Shown here one piece after another: positions 9,240 through 20,340 of a stretch of 64,000 bases of DNA. This stretch comes from an uncultured Colwellia sp. (GTDB lineage Bacteria; Pseudomonadota; Gammaproteobacteria; Enterobacterales; Alteromonadaceae). Numbering within the stretch: position 1 is the stretch's first letter; every line of letters starts with the position of its first letter. The DNA lies in assembly GCA_913063325.1 (NCBI GenBank), contig CAJXYE010000021.1:215-64214 (forward strand). Direction: 5' to 3'. Position numbers and translations under genes: made by a program. Under the pieces are notes generated by a model, which saw nothing but the letters and a program-made list of their open reading frames with translations, was not told the DNA's origin and ran no database searches.

Positions 9240-10202
9240 CTAAATATACTGCTCTTTTATAAACGCTTGATAAGCACCTTGTTCAACAATGGCTCCGTGA
9301 TGTTGAATAACAAAACCGGCAGCTTTAGAAGCAAGGTTTATTGCTTGCTCAAGATCAAAACCTTTGGCTCTAGCACCAAGATAAACACCATTAAATGAAT
9401 CACCCGCAGACGTTGTATCAATGACATTGGCAACCGCCTTGATCTGAAAATGGTAAGCGAGTTCATTGATATAAACACAAATACTTGCTTCGCCATTTTT
9501 AATGACTAATTCATCAAACTGGTAAGGCTGACAGAATTCGAATACAGCTTCAGCTGTCGTTATTCCGTATAGCTGTTCAAAATCATCGATTCCTGGCAAA
9601 GTAATATCTGCACAGATAAATGCTTGTTCAAATTGCTCTTTAGCCTCTTGTGGGTTTTGCCACATTCTCGCTCTATAATTGGGATCAAAAACCAGCTTTG
9701 CACCGAGATCTTTTAACTGTTTAATGAACAGCCAAAATTTAGCACGGTCAGCGGGTTTTATTACGGCCAATGAAATGCCTGAGAAAAACACCATATCACC
9801 GGCTGATATACAGTTGACAACTTTTTCATCAATGAAAGACATAACGTCTTTCGCTGCAGAGTTTTCGCGCCAATAGGTAAAGCTACGCTCGCCAACTTCA
9901 TCCGTTTCTATGGCATACAAACCGGCATTTTTTTCTTTGGAACGAAATACAAATTCGGTATTAATTTTTTCCTGGTCAAAAAAAGCAATCATCTCAGTAC
10001 TTAATTTGTCCGTGCCTACCGCTGAAATGAAATAAGGTTCTAGATCAGAAAAAGTACGTTTTAAATACACAGCGGTATTTAACACATCTCCTGCAAACGA
10101 TTGATTAATCGCCTTAGGGTAAGTTTGTGGTGTTGTTGAGCTGATTGCAGATTGAGCTTTAAGCTCAATCATACATTCGCCTATTAAGAATATTTTTTTC
10201 AT
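9240..10202 (-). CDS. kdgK: 2-keto-3-deoxygluconate kinase (PfkB family)
   Basis: IGECMIEL, AGDVLNTAVYL, GERSFTYWR, FDPNYR, DTTSAGDSFNG. Start moved to ATG 10202. Confidence 0.93.
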   Translation of the reverse strand: MKKIFLIGECMIELKAQSAISSTTPQTYPKAINQSFAGDVLNTAVYLKRTFSDLEPYFISAVGTDKLSTEMIAFFDQEKINTEFVFRSKEKNAGLYAIETDEVGERSFTYWRENSAAKDVMSFIDEKVVNCISAGDMVFFSGISLAVIKPADRAKFWLFIKQLKDLGAKLVFDPNYRARMWQNPQEAKEQFEQAFICADITLPGIDDFEQLYGITTAEAVFEFCQPYQFDELVIKNGEASICVYINELAYHFQIKAVANVIDTTSAGDSFNGVYLGARAKGFDLEQAINLASKAAGFVIQHHGAIVEQGAYQAFIKEQYI

Positions 10203-10206
10203 TGAA

Positions 10207-11580
10207 TTAACCTTTGTCTTGTATTGGTTGGCTATGTTCAGATGAATCATTATCTGACTTTTTAAGTGGCTCAACTGTTGGAATAAGTAACCAAACGGCA
10301 GCTATGGCAATAAGAGCTAGTGATGCACCAATGATAAAGACAAGGGTATAACTCGTTTCTCCGGTTGTTGCATCAGGGCGAGTTAATATCGGTACTAATG
10401 CGATTAGACCTGCTACGGCGAACTTAGCAGCCATACCTGCAAAACCAGCAAGTGTGCCAACAGTTTTCTTACTGAACAAATCACTTGGTAGCGTTTGAAC
10501 GTTACCGATTGCGGTTTGGAAGCCGAATAAGATAATCGCCATAGTCATTACCACAGAAATATATTTGTACTCGGTTTCAAGAAATAAAGGTTGAACCATT
10601 AACATTAACGCTGGCAACATAATAAAGCAGCCTAAAGTAATGACCAGTTTACGTGTTTTGTTGGTACTCCAACCCGCGTTAAAGCGATTTTGAGCAAGAA
10701 GACCGCCAAACCAAGCCCCAAACATAGCGCCAACATATGGCACCCAACCGTATTGAGCGATGTCAGCAAGCTTCATGCCGTATACATCACTAAGGAAAAT
10801 AGGCGTCCAAACAACAAATAACCACCAAATAGGGTCAATCGCTGCAGAAGCAATAATGACACCCCAGCTTTCTTTATGTTTAAGTAGCTCTGCTGTTGTA
10901 GGAGTATATTCATCTTCTGCAGCTTCGGTTGTATTAGAATGTTTCTGACCAGTTAAGATATATTCGCGTTCTTCTGGAGTGATCCAAGGATGAGTTTTCG
11001 GTGGCGCTTTAACCAAGATCACCCAAGGAATAAGCCATAACAAACCAATAACACCAATAACAATAAATACTGTTTGCCAGCTGTTATTAAGTGCCATCCA
11101 GGCAATTAGTGGTATTGAAATAATCCCGCCAATGGCAGCACCCGAGTTAAAAATACCTTGAGCCAAAGCTCGCTCTTTCGCTGGGAACCAATCGGCGTTA
11201 CTTTTAGTAGCACCTGGCCAGTTACCCGCTTCAGCTACACCTAAGATTGAACGGAAAATAGCAAAACTAAGTACCCCTTGCGCAAATGCGTGAAGAACAG
11301 TAGCGATAGACCAAACACCAATAGATAAGACAAAGCCTAAACGCGTACCTAACCAGTCAAATATTTTACCGAATATTGCCTGACCAAAAGCATAAGAAAA
11401 TACAAAAACAACAGAGATAGTTGCATATATTTGATTACGCTCAAAAGCACTCTTATCGGGAAACAAATCTTCTGCTATTGAAGGCCAAAGTACACTCAGT
11501 GCTTGACGATCAATATAGTTAATAATTGTAGCTAATGCGATTAAAGCAATAACCCACCAACGTATACCTTTCAACTGCAT
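10207..11580 (-). CDS. MFS hexuronate/oligouronate transporter (ExuT-like)
   Basis: INYIDRQALS, EAGNWPGA, WFPAKERALAQGIFNSGA, DPIWW; many hydrophobic helices; inside the alginate operon. Confidence 0.9.
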   Translation of the reverse strand: MQLKGIRWWVIALIALATIINYIDRQALSVLWPSIAEDLFPDKSAFERNQIYATISVVFVFSYAFGQAIFGKIFDWLGTRLGFVLSIGVWSIATVLHAFAQGVLSFAIFRSILGVAEAGNWPGATKSNADWFPAKERALAQGIFNSGAAIGGIISIPLIAWMALNNSWQTVFIVIGVIGLLWLIPWVILVKAPPKTHPWITPEEREYILTGQKHSNTTEAAEDEYTPTTAELLKHKESWGVIIASAAIDPIWWLFVVWTPIFLSDVYGMKLADIAQYGWVPYVGAMFGAWFGGLLAQNRFNAGWSTNKTRKLVITLGCFIMLPALMLMVQPLFLETEYKYISVVMTMAIILFGFQTAIGNVQTLPSDLFSKKTVGTLAGFAGMAAKFAVAGLIALVPILTRPDATTGETSYTLVFIIGASLALIAIAAVWLLIPTVEPLKKSDNDSSEHSQPIQDKG

Positions 11581-11978
11581 TATTTCTTCTCCGCTGGTTT
11601 AGCATTTAGTTTTTCTACATCAATATTATCGAATACGCCTTCCGGTAAAAAATCTTCACGCGGAGGGCTAAAGGTATCAATTAAAATCCCGCCCGTTGGG
11701 CATGTAGCACCGTGGTCTGCCCATGGTTGGATCAAACAGCTATCACCGGGCTTCATTATTGTCGTTACGCCATCAATATTAAAATGAAACTCACCTTCAA
11801 CAACATAAGTCACTTGAGAATGTCTGTGGGCATGGTTGTAGCCAATTGCGCCTTTTTCAAACCAAATTTTAACCGCCATTAATTCATGGTTATAACCCAA
11901 CATTTGGCGCTTTAAACCGCCGCCTATGTCTTCAATTTCTGCTTCATTTGCAGATGTAAAAATATCGCTTTGACTCAT
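11580..11978 (-). CDS. kdgF: KdgF cupin (linearises unsaturated uronate)
   Basis: RQMLGY, HAHRHSQVTYV..G.F, HGATC, IDTFSPPREDF; between PL17 and the permease. Confidence 0.9.
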   Translation of the reverse strand: MSQSDIFTSANEAEIEDIGGGLKRQMLGYNHELMAVKIWFEKGAIGYNHAHRHSQVTYVVEGEFHFNIDGVTTIMKPGDSCLIQPWADHGATCPTGGILIDTFSPPREDFLPEGVFDNIDVEKLNAKPAEKK

Positions 11979-11987
11979 GATTGACCT

Positions 11988-14300
11988 CTACTTCTTAGTT
12001 TCTAAAGGTTTAGCTTCGAAAAGCTTAAAACGACCATTAAACTGATGTTTAACGCCATTAAAAGAAAATTTATTTACCCGATTTGTTTCAATGCCATTAG
12101 CAGCATTAAACGCTAACAAATAACTTCTTTTGTCTAAAAAGGTTATTTCTACTAGATCAATGTTATTAGCTTTCTGATGTGATAGTTTTTGGATTTTACT
12201 TACTGCTGCAAGGGTAAACTCTTTTGATGGGTTATATTCACCATGCGGCTCTAATACGCTGACAAAGGTATGACTTTTAGCCGCTGTTTTTCGGGTAATG
12301 AAAGCATTTTCATTACGTAAGTTAAACAAGGGATCATTGGCGCCAATCTGGGTTAAAAGCAACGATGTGTCACCATCCATAATGGCAGACTGAGTATAGA
12401 AACGACCGTTTTCATTTAGCCAAGTAATTTGAGATAAACCCGCTTTAGGTTGCGCTTGTGCTTTTAGCCACAAATGTTGATAACCATTGTTTTTACCCAA
12501 TACGGGTAAATTGGTTAATTGCGTGTCTAGTTTAAAGTTAGTGCTTATCAAGTGCCCTTTATAATGCACAGGTAAATCATACTGATGTTTTCCTTCTGAT
12601 TTAACATCAAAGATATCAATCACTAATGACTGTTCTTGTTTAGTATCACCTTGCCCAGTACCACCTTGAACAGGAAGCTTAATCAGTGCCATGGTACGAG
12701 TTAACGCAACACCTTTATAAGCCGTATCAATGTGAGCAGAGCTAATAGTGATATTGTCAGTATTTTCAAAGAACAATAATTCAGGGTGATTTTTATTACC
12801 CTTTTTGACCTTGCCATTAAAGTGCGATTTTTCATCAACAACTATGGTGTTATGGGCAATAGTTTGCTTGGCCCAGGTTTTATTTTCAGGTAAGTAGCGG
12901 CCACCAAATTTAGCTTCAACATTTAAGAACCGTGCTGCGCCATAATCAGAAACTATTTCCTCACCCTTATCGTAAAACTGCCAAGTTAATTTATCAAAAT
13001 GACCATGGCCCAACCCTTGAGCGGCAGGTTTAAACACTAATGCCCGCCCTTCACTGGCTTGTTCATCTTCACTATGTTGACGCATGATCACTAATGCACC
13101 TTGTTTGCCGTCATTACCATCACCAAAAGCAACAGAGTTAAATTGATAAGGCTGCTCAAGCTTTTTATCTAACGCCTGTGCAACTTTTAAACCATCACCG
13201 GTTAATAAAATTTGTTCTTGTTGCTTGGCGATATCAAGTAAACCGGCATTTCCCGTTAAACCATAAGCAATGGTGACACCGTTGACTAATTCGATGGTAT
13301 CAATGCCTTTATCTTTAATGGCATCATTAATCGGGAAGAATAGCTTGTTATAACTTAACTGAATTGTGGTATCGATTGCTTTTAATACAATGCCATCACG
13401 GTACTCAAAAATTTTACGCTCAGGTTGATTAGTTTCAATAGCTTTAGCAAAGGTAATGAATGGCATCAAAGCATAACGTTGATAGTAAGGTCCTTCGTTG
13501 TAGTAACCTTGCGGTGAAAACAGTTCATCGAGCTGTCTTAAAAAACCGCCTTTACCTGACTTATCTAAGCCGTACAGCGCTTGTTCAACCCACTCTAATT
13601 CACCTAAAACATAGCCGGTCATGCCAACAGCTGCAGTGGTCCAAGTGCCATGGTTATGCACCTTATTAAAGGTTTTCGGTGAATCAACCGATAAAAACTT
13701 AACGATTGGACGAAACAGTCCCTGCTCTATTTTGTCTTTTTCAGCTGCAGTCAACGAGGGTAAAATCAGATCATAAGCTTGGCTGGTATAAACTAACCAA
13801 ACAGCTTCATTTAAGCTTTGCCAAAATAATTTCCCTGGATTTTGTTTACCCATTTTTCTTTTTGGGTGTAGCGGTAATTTTGGGTAAAGCTCAGCATAGT
13901 TAAGTAACATGTCACGTACATAATTAGCATAACGTTCATCTTGTGTTAATTGATAAACAATACCGGCGTCGAACATTAGTTTATAATTTTTCTTATGACG
14001 TTCATGGGTATAACCACCGCCGCCATCTTTAGGCACTGGCACGACAATAGCTTGGGAGATTTGTTGACCAACCGAGGTTTTATTAGCAATAAAGGCCTGT
14101 TTAAATTGCCCTTCTTGTTTAATAGCACTACGCATATTTTCAACATCACTAGTCGTTATCACTAGGTTAGGATTAGTTTTTGCCATCACTAAGGAGTTAC
14201 TAGCTAAGCTAGTAAAAAGTGCAAGGGTGATAATAGCTAGCCAGCGTTTTGCTACTGGCCATGCTAATTTTATTACTGAGGTTTGCGGAAATATTTTCAT
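11988..14300 (-). CDS. Oligoalginate lyase, PL17
   Basis: GGGYTHERHK, LFWQSLNE, HNHGTW, EGPYYQRYA, GHGHFDKL, AHNT; N-terminal signal peptide. Confidence 0.92.
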   Translation of the reverse strand: MKIFPQTSVIKLAWPVAKRWLAIITLALFTSLASNSLVMAKTNPNLVITTSDVENMRSAIKQEGQFKQAFIANKTSVGQQISQAIVVPVPKDGGGGYTHERHKKNYKLMFDAGIVYQLTQDERYANYVRDMLLNYAELYPKLPLHPKRKMGKQNPGKLFWQSLNEAVWLVYTSQAYDLILPSLTAAEKDKIEQGLFRPIVKFLSVDSPKTFNKVHNHGTWTTAAVGMTGYVLGELEWVEQALYGLDKSGKGGFLRQLDELFSPQGYYNEGPYYQRYALMPFITFAKAIETNQPERKIFEYRDGIVLKAIDTTIQLSYNKLFFPINDAIKDKGIDTIELVNGVTIAYGLTGNAGLLDIAKQQEQILLTGDGLKVAQALDKKLEQPYQFNSVAFGDGNDGKQGALVIMRQHSEDEQASEGRALVFKPAAQGLGHGHFDKLTWQFYDKGEEIVSDYGAARFLNVEAKFGGRYLPENKTWAKQTIAHNTIVVDEKSHFNGKVKKGNKNHPELLFFENTDNITISSAHIDTAYKGVALTRTMALIKLPVQGGTGQGDTKQEQSLVIDIFDVKSEGKHQYDLPVHYKGHLISTNFKLDTQLTNLPVLGKNNGYQHLWLKAQAQPKAGLSQITWLNENGRFYTQSAIMDGDTSLLLTQIGANDPLFNLRNENAFITRKTAAKSHTFVSVLEPHGEYNPSKEFTLAAVSKIQKLSHQKANNIDLVEITFLDKRSYLLAFNAANGIETNRVNKFSFNGVKHQFNGRFKLFEAKPLETKK

Positions 14301-14383
14301 AAAATAGCTCTTGTTAATACCGTTTATTACTACTGATTGATACTGATTTTTGACTTAGATTGCATGTTACTTAGACTGCTTTT

Positions 14384-16651
14384 TTATTTAGAATTCTTGT
14401 TATTTACCAGTACTGCGGTATGTGAACCTTTAACATATAGCTCTTTCACGCTAACCGTAGCTGTATTGTTAAAGTCGTTATTTTTCACTAACGTTTTAGG
14501 CTCACCAACGGTGTGTTCAATAACAATATCCGCTGTATTTTCAAAGTTATTACTTTCAATACTGGTTACTTGTACACCATGTAAATAAAGACTAGCTGCG
14601 GTTTTATTACGCTTGCCTTTACCGCTATTTTTAACTGTGTTATTTGACATGTCTAGGTGTGGGCCAAAGGTACTTTCATCAGTGCCGCCACGATATAAGT
14701 TAACTAAAGTACCTGCTACATTATCAAAGCTATTATTCTTTAAGATCACGTATTCAGCGTTATATATGCCTAAGTCTTCAATCTCTTTATTCAAACGAAG
14801 TAAGTCGCCGGTGATATGGCTAAAATGGTTATCGGTTAACTCAATATAATCAGCAAAAGCACCCGCCCCTGAATCAAAGAAATGAAATGAATGATTAGTA
14901 TCAAGGTCGGTAACCGTGCTGTTTCTCATGACAAAACGATAATTTTCAACCATGCCCCACTTTTGCGAACGAATTAAGGTATTACCTGAAGAGTCAGGAC
15001 TGCTACTGCCACTAATAACTAAACCATCAAGCATTAAACTGCCGCCATCGATAATTTGAAATAAAGTTGATCGTTGAAAAGTAATTTTTACTTTGCCTTG
15101 ATGTTTCGCTTTAATCGATACGGTTTTATTGATATCGATCATTTTTCGAACATCATAATCGCCATCGGCCAATACCAGTACATCACCTTCATTTGCCATT
15201 AGCACGGCATTAAATAAAGCATCACCTTGTGCTTTAACATTGATGACTTTGCCTGAATCAAATGCTACTAGGTTGTTCTTTTTTAGGTACCAATGTGGAC
15301 CGGTTGCAGATTTAAGTATTGGAGAAAGGTCTTTGCTAGCGCCTTTTTCCGCAAATTTTCTATCAAGGGGATAAAGCAAACCATTTTCAGCGCGCTTAAG
15401 GGTAATGTTTTCTTGGCTGATGCCAGAGATAAGTTTTGTATGCGCTACGGTATTAGCAACATTGCCTATAAAGCTAATACCACTAACATCATCAAATAAA
15501 GTAAATGGCTGTTGGGAGTTTTCATTGAAAATTAAATTATTTTGCATAGTAGAGTTAACCGGCACCGCGCTTCTTTCCATATCACTGCCTGCCGCTAATT
15601 GAATATGTCCAACATTGATAAAACTATTATTTTCAATCAAGGCATTTTCCACTTGATGATAACGGTTAATACTTGAATTAGGCACACCATTCATCACAGT
15701 AAAGCCACTACCAAAACGATAGCCAGTTAAACCTTCAAGATAATTATTTTTAACACTTTGGTTTTTGTTAATAACACGAATACCACCGGTATGATCAACA
15801 CCATTACCAAAAAAGATATTTCCTTCGATGATATTGCCATTACCATGGCGCAACGTCAGTGTGCCTCTTGATTCAAAAAAGACATTGTTACGAATTTTAT
15901 TTTGGCCTGATTTGACTGAAATAATTTCCACTTCGCCATCACAGCGATCAAAATAATTATTTTCAACCAAAGTATATGAATTTGATAAAGAATAATGGCT
16001 GGTACCTATACGTAAGGTTTCGCCGCCATTAGAGCCAAGAATAGGACGAGGACCAAAATAATTATGATCTATTTGATGGTGATTCTCTTGGCTATTTTTA
16101 CTATCTAAACGAACAGCAACCGTCACGCCTTTGTTGCGTTTACCGGTAAGGTTGTTGTGATCAAAGCGATTATATTGACCATAAATTGCCACCCAATAAT
16201 CAGACTCACGTTTGTCTGGATTATTAAAATTATCTATCACAACCTCAGTTACTCGTGAATGATAAGCTAAATCTTCTTTATTGCGTCTAAACGAGATAAC
16301 AGCATTACTTGGCGTATAACCACCTTTAAATACCAAGCCTGAGACTACTAAATGTTTACCTGCCAATCTTAAATTTGATTGACCCGACAAAATTACTTGC
16401 CCCTTGGTTTGTGCTGTTAGCTCTATAGGCTGGTCTTTGGTACCAATACCTTTAAAGACAATTTCAAAATCGTGCCATGTTCCATTGGCTAAGATGACTT
16501 TGTCTCCTGGCTTTACCTTTTCCAGGGTTTTCTTATATGCTTTTGGCGAATCTACCAGCCAATCTTTAGCGATAGTTTGACCAGAAAGTAACAAAACAAA
16601 TAGGGTTAAAGTAACGGATTTGAAGTATTTCGGAGCCTTTAATGTGTACAT
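14384..16651 (-). CDS. Alginate lyase, PL6 (tandem beta-helix architecture)
   Basis: KPGDKVILANG, NGGETLRIGTS, GEVEIISVKS, LTLRHG; second beta-helix domain (YRGGTDESTFGP); signal peptide. Confidence 0.92.
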   Translation of the reverse strand: MYTLKAPKYFKSVTLTLFVLLLSGQTIAKDWLVDSPKAYKKTLEKVKPGDKVILANGTWHDFEIVFKGIGTKDQPIELTAQTKGQVILSGQSNLRLAGKHLVVSGLVFKGGYTPSNAVISFRRNKEDLAYHSRVTEVVIDNFNNPDKRESDYWVAIYGQYNRFDHNNLTGKRNKGVTVAVRLDSKNSQENHHQIDHNYFGPRPILGSNGGETLRIGTSHYSLSNSYTLVENNYFDRCDGEVEIISVKSGQNKIRNNVFFESRGTLTLRHGNGNIIEGNIFFGNGVDHTGGIRVINKNQSVKNNYLEGLTGYRFGSGFTVMNGVPNSSINRYHQVENALIENNSFINVGHIQLAAGSDMERSAVPVNSTMQNNLIFNENSQQPFTLFDDVSGISFIGNVANTVAHTKLISGISQENITLKRAENGLLYPLDRKFAEKGASKDLSPILKSATGPHWYLKKNNLVAFDSGKVINVKAQGDALFNAVLMANEGDVLVLADGDYDVRKMIDINKTVSIKAKHQGKVKITFQRSTLFQIIDGGSLMLDGLVISGSSSPDSSGNTLIRSQKWGMVENYRFVMRNSTVTDLDTNHSFHFFDSGAGAFADYIELTDNHFSHITGDLLRLNKEIEDLGIYNAEYVILKNNSFDNVAGTLVNLYRGGTDESTFGPHLDMSNNTVKNSGKGKRNKTAASLYLHGVQVTSIESNNFENTADIVIEHTVGEPKTLVKNNDFNNTATVSVKELYVKGSHTAVLVNNKNSK

Positions 16652-16989
16652 AAATATCTCTTTTATTTAACTATTTTTAAACCAATTTATAAAGTTCAGG
16701 GGGCTTCCAACTACGTGTAATGAAGCCCCCTAAAACAACCTACTTTTTATTCATTAAAATGAAGCTCGTACGCCAAGGAAGAATTTGCGACCTGAGTACG
16801 AATAATCAGATACTGTTCCTGGACCACGAGTCATCACTTGCGCTTCTTCTAATAAGTTTAGTGCTTTTAATGACACCGAGTATTTGTATTATTTACTGTT
16901 TTATGTTTTATGTTTTATGTTTTAAACAGGAGTTTTGTAGTCTTTCTATCCCAATCAACTAGATTTAACCAATATACCGACCACTTGTC

Positions 16990-17044
16990 AACCAAATTAT
17001 ATTACCAATAGCAAATGATAAACCCACAATTGGTAATAACCATT
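16990..17044. promoter_or_regulatory. FadR/GntR-type operator-like sites between PL6 and the regulator
   Basis: AATTGGTAATAACCATT (17028-17044) and ATTACCAAT (17001-17009). Similar sites recur across the locus. Confidence 0.6.
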
Positions 17045-17194
17045 ATTGGAGTGGTGTTTCCAAATAGTTACTCGTTTTAAAGAAAAACAATGAAAATTAA
17101 CAATAAAATTGCTTAATAACTTTGCCCTGAGCAAAATAAGGCGATATGATATATAAAACACAGTCATTTTTTCGTTAATTGGTAAGGATATAAT

Positions 17195-17935
17195 ATGGGC
17201 AACCGCCGGTTGTTTTGGAGTATAGTTGAGAAGATTGAAGCTTCTATTAATTCTGGGGTGTACTCTCCGGGTAGTCGCTTACCTCCCGAACGAGAACTCG
17301 CTGAAACTTTTAATATAAGTCGGCCGACAGTGCGAGAAGCTATTATTGCTTTAGAGGTTAGAAAAAAAGTTGAAGTTAAAACTGGCTCAGGTGTTTATGT
17401 TTTAAAACCGGTTAACCAACTAGGTTTACAAAAGAAAGTTAATGCCTTTGAAGTGACCCAAGCACGTGCTTTGATTGAAGGAGAAGTTGCGGCAATTGCA
17501 GCAACGACTATTACTGAAGATGAGTTAACCCGCTTGCACCAAACCTTAGTTGATATGGAAAGTGGTGAATATATTGAAGCAGCAGATAAAGAATTTCACC
17601 AAATCATAGTTAATGCTACGCGAAATAATGCCATGATATTATCGGTTGAAAACCTTTGGAAACTTCGCTCTTCAACCCCTGAAGTCATTAAAGATTATGA
17701 CAGTGTTTGCAGTAAAGATAACTCAAAGACGCTTGCTGAACACAAAGCAATCTATGAAGCATTAAAGTCAGGAGATGCCACACAAGCAAGAAAGGCTATG
17801 CATTGTCATTTCAACCGACTTATAAACGCTTTATTTGATGCGGTAGAGTCTAAAGCTTTAGCGGAAATTACCCGAAAAAATAGCGAGCAACGTGGGCTTT
17901 ACTCAATCCCTAATGCTGCTGACCAAACCAGCTGA
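17195..17935 (+). CDS. GntR/FadR-family transcriptional regulator of the alginate locus
   Basis: GSRLPPERELAETFNISRPTVREAIIALE wHTH; FCD domain with D.EFH and EH..I. Confidence 0.93.
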   Translation: MGNRRLFWSIVEKIEASINSGVYSPGSRLPPERELAETFNISRPTVREAIIALEVRKKVEVKTGSGVYVLKPVNQLGLQKKVNAFEVTQARALIEGEVAAIAATTITEDELTRLHQTLVDMESGEYIEAADKEFHQIIVNATRNNAMILSVENLWKLRSSTPEVIKDYDSVCSKDNSKTLAEHKAIYEALKSGDATQARKAMHCHFNRLINALFDAVESKALAEITRKNSEQRGLYSIPNAADQTS

Positions 17936-18230
17936 CATTTAGAGCTTCATGATGTTACTTTAACAGGCAAAAATAACCAGCAAAATGTCTGTAGTTAACG
18001 CTATTCCATGTGCATGCAAAGACGTATTTCAAAGCCCTACAAAACTTGAGGGGCTTTTTCATAATGCCCTTACCTAAATATTATCAACATTGCTCATTCA
18101 CTTACGCTCTTTTAATTATTAAACCAATAAAGATCACCAACAAATAGTTACCAATTAAAGTTATCGGTTTACAAGCCAAGGTAAATTGGTAATATACTCG
18201 GTATATTTCATATTGCTTCATAGGTTGGTT

Positions 18231-19694
18231 ATGTCTTTAAATCGTTCGATTATTTTTATATGCTCTTTACTACTGTTAATGGCTTGTAATCCATCTGATA
18301 GCTCATTAGAAACATCACCTGAAACATCACCTGAAACATCACCTGAAACATCACCTGAAACATCACCTGAAACATCACCTGAAACAACACCTGAAACGTC
18401 ACCTGACGGTGAAACCATGACAGAAGGAAACCAAGAGGACATATTGTGTAATGGCTTGTCAAAACTTAACTTCATTCAAGCCATTGCCAGTGATGAAGTA
18501 TCAGCTTATGACGCAAGTAATACCATTGATAGTAACTTCATGCCTGAATCACGTTGGTCGACAGCTAAAAATGAACAATCATTATTTTTGACACTTGCTT
18601 CGCCAGCGTTAATCAAAGGTATTTCAATAACCTGGCTTAATAACGATAACCGCAGTTATACCTATGAGCTGGAAGTTTCTAAGGATCAAGAAACTTGGAT
18701 TACCGTACTAAGTTCACAGTTAAGTAATGCCTTATCGACCCGTGCAGAATATATTGCGATCACTGAGCACACAGCTAATTACCTAAACATAAGAGTTAAT
18801 GGCAACACACTTGACGACAACAACCATATTGTCGAAGTTGAAGCTTTTGGCTGTAAAATGGATACCGCTTCCTCCATCGAATTAGATGATTGGTATTTAA
18901 GTATTCCTGTCGATGATAACCTTTATTCAAAAGCACAGAGCATTAAGGAATCAACGCTGACTAATGATTATTTTAATGCAGAATTTTTCTTCTTAGATGT
19001 CAATGGTGGTTTGGTATTCAGAGCCCCTATCGAAGGAGCAAAAACATCGACCAACACCAGTTACACCCGCACTGAATTAAGAGAAATGTTAAGACGTGGC
19101 AATACCAGTATAAGCACGCAAGGTATAAATGAAAATAATTGGGTATTCTCCAGTGCATCAAATGAAGAACAGCAAGCGGCGGGTGGTATTGATGGCGAAC
19201 TGTTGGCCGAGTTAGCAGTAAACTATGTCACACAAACAGGCGATAGATCACAAGTTGGCCGTGTCATCATTGGTCAAATTCATGCTAACGATGACGAACC
19301 CATTCGCGTCTATTATCGCAAGTTACCCGAAAATGATAAAGGCGCCATTTATTTGGCCCATGAAATTTTAGGCGGCGATGATATCTATTATGAACTCATT
19401 GGCACGCGTTCAAAAAGTGCTACCAATCCTGAAAATGGCATCAAGTTAAATGAGCGCTTTACTTACCGAATTTCTGTAGTCGCTAACCAATTAACCTTTA
19501 CCCTTTCAAGATCACAACAAGAAGATGTTTCTGCAATCATTGACATGAGTAATAGTGGTTATGATCTTGGCGGCCAATATATGTATTTTAAAGTCGGTGT
19601 CTACAACCAAAACAATACCGGTGAGCCAAAAGATTATGTGCAAGCAACGTTTTATAAAATAGACAATAGTCATACAGGCTATATGGCGAATTAA
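18231..19694 (+). CDS. Lipoprotein alginate lyase: (ETSP)8 linker, CBM32/F5-8-like domain, PL7
   Basis: Lipobox LLMA-C; D.N..SRWS discoidin motif; PL7 motifs RTELREM, QIHA, YFKVGVYNQ. Start placed at ATG 18231. Confidence 0.9.
   Translation: MSLNRSIIFICSLLLLMACNPSDSSLETSPETSPETSPETSPETSPETSPETTPETSPDGETMTEGNQEDILCNGLSKLNFIQAIASDEVSAYDASNTIDSNFMPESRWSTAKNEQSLFLTLASPALIKGISITWLNNDNRSYTYELEVSKDQETWITVLSSQLSNALSTRAEYIAITEHTANYLNIRVNGNTLDDNNHIVEVEAFGCKMDTASSIELDDWYLSIPVDDNLYSKAQSIKESTLTNDYFNAEFFFLDVNGGLVFRAPIEGAKTSTNTSYTRTELREMLRRGNTSISTQGINENNWVFSSASNEEQQAAGGIDGELLAELAVNYVTQTGDRSQVGRVIIGQIHANDDEPIRVYYRKLPENDKGAIYLAHEILGGDDIYYELIGTRSKSATNPENGIKLNERFTYRISVVANQLTFTLSRSQQEDVSAIIDMSNSGYDLGGQYMYFKVGVYNQNNTGEPKDYVQATFYKIDNSHTGYMAN
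18309..18404 (+). repeat. 12-bp tandem repeat GAAACATCACCT x8 (6 perfect, 2 variant)
   Basis: Read directly; encodes ETSP x6, ETTP, ETSP. Confidence 0.97.
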
Positions 19695-19849
19695 GGCAAG
19701 GTTATTGTTGAACGCTAGCTAAGGGCCGTATTAGCCATTAGATTGCTTGCAATCAATCGCTTTGTTGTTAACGCATGCTTTCTTTATCTACGGGTTATTG
19801 AATGAGTATTATGTGGCCATAAGTAGCTAAATTTACCTGTTAAGGCTCT

Positions 19850-20340
19850 ACATGATGATGTAGAGCCTTTTAATTTTAACACGACTCCATACTAATTTTA
19901 TTGGAAAATTGACTAGTTTGGCCACGTCACAGGCTTCTAGAACAAAGTCGTCTTGCGATCTTCGGCCAAAGCCACCCCCCATTAAAGTCACATTGAGTTT
20001 TACCAAGGACTCATCCAAACCAAGAGTCCTAGCTGGTGACACTTTTGCATCTTGAGGATTTTGTGTGGGCGCCCATATTTCACAGAAGTGGAGTTGGTAA
20101 CACTGTGCAATTCATCGGTTCCATGGTCATATGTGCCACTAAAGGAAAGTGAAAGTCTGATACATGAACGCATTATTAGCATCGAAAGCTGTCTCTACAT
20201 TACCTTTGTCAGTTACTTTTTCACCCGTGTCTTGCAATTTCTCTGAAAAATGCTGCTGTAAACTTTCGTCAGATTATTTTTAAAATTCGCCATTTTCCAA
20301 ATGTCGTCGGCATGAATTTGGCCAATCACTTTCTACAGTA
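19850..20340 (-). pseudogene. Fragment of a xanthine-oxidase-family molybdoenzyme large subunit (IorB-like)
   Basis: Split over frames: KGNVETAF..., AHMTMEPMNCTV, then CEIWAPTQNPQ...NVTLMGGGFGRRSQDDFVLEA...PIKLVWSR. Frameshifted and truncated at both ends. Confidence 0.8.

Noticed and set aside
16720-16962. 80-aa ORF upstream of PL6
   Set aside because: Lies in a divergent promoter region, is partly built from a TTTTATG repeat and has no clear RBS or motif.
18309-18404. Regular repeat array considered as a CRISPR
   Set aside because: No spacers; 12-bp units in frame within a CDS; no cas genes in the window.
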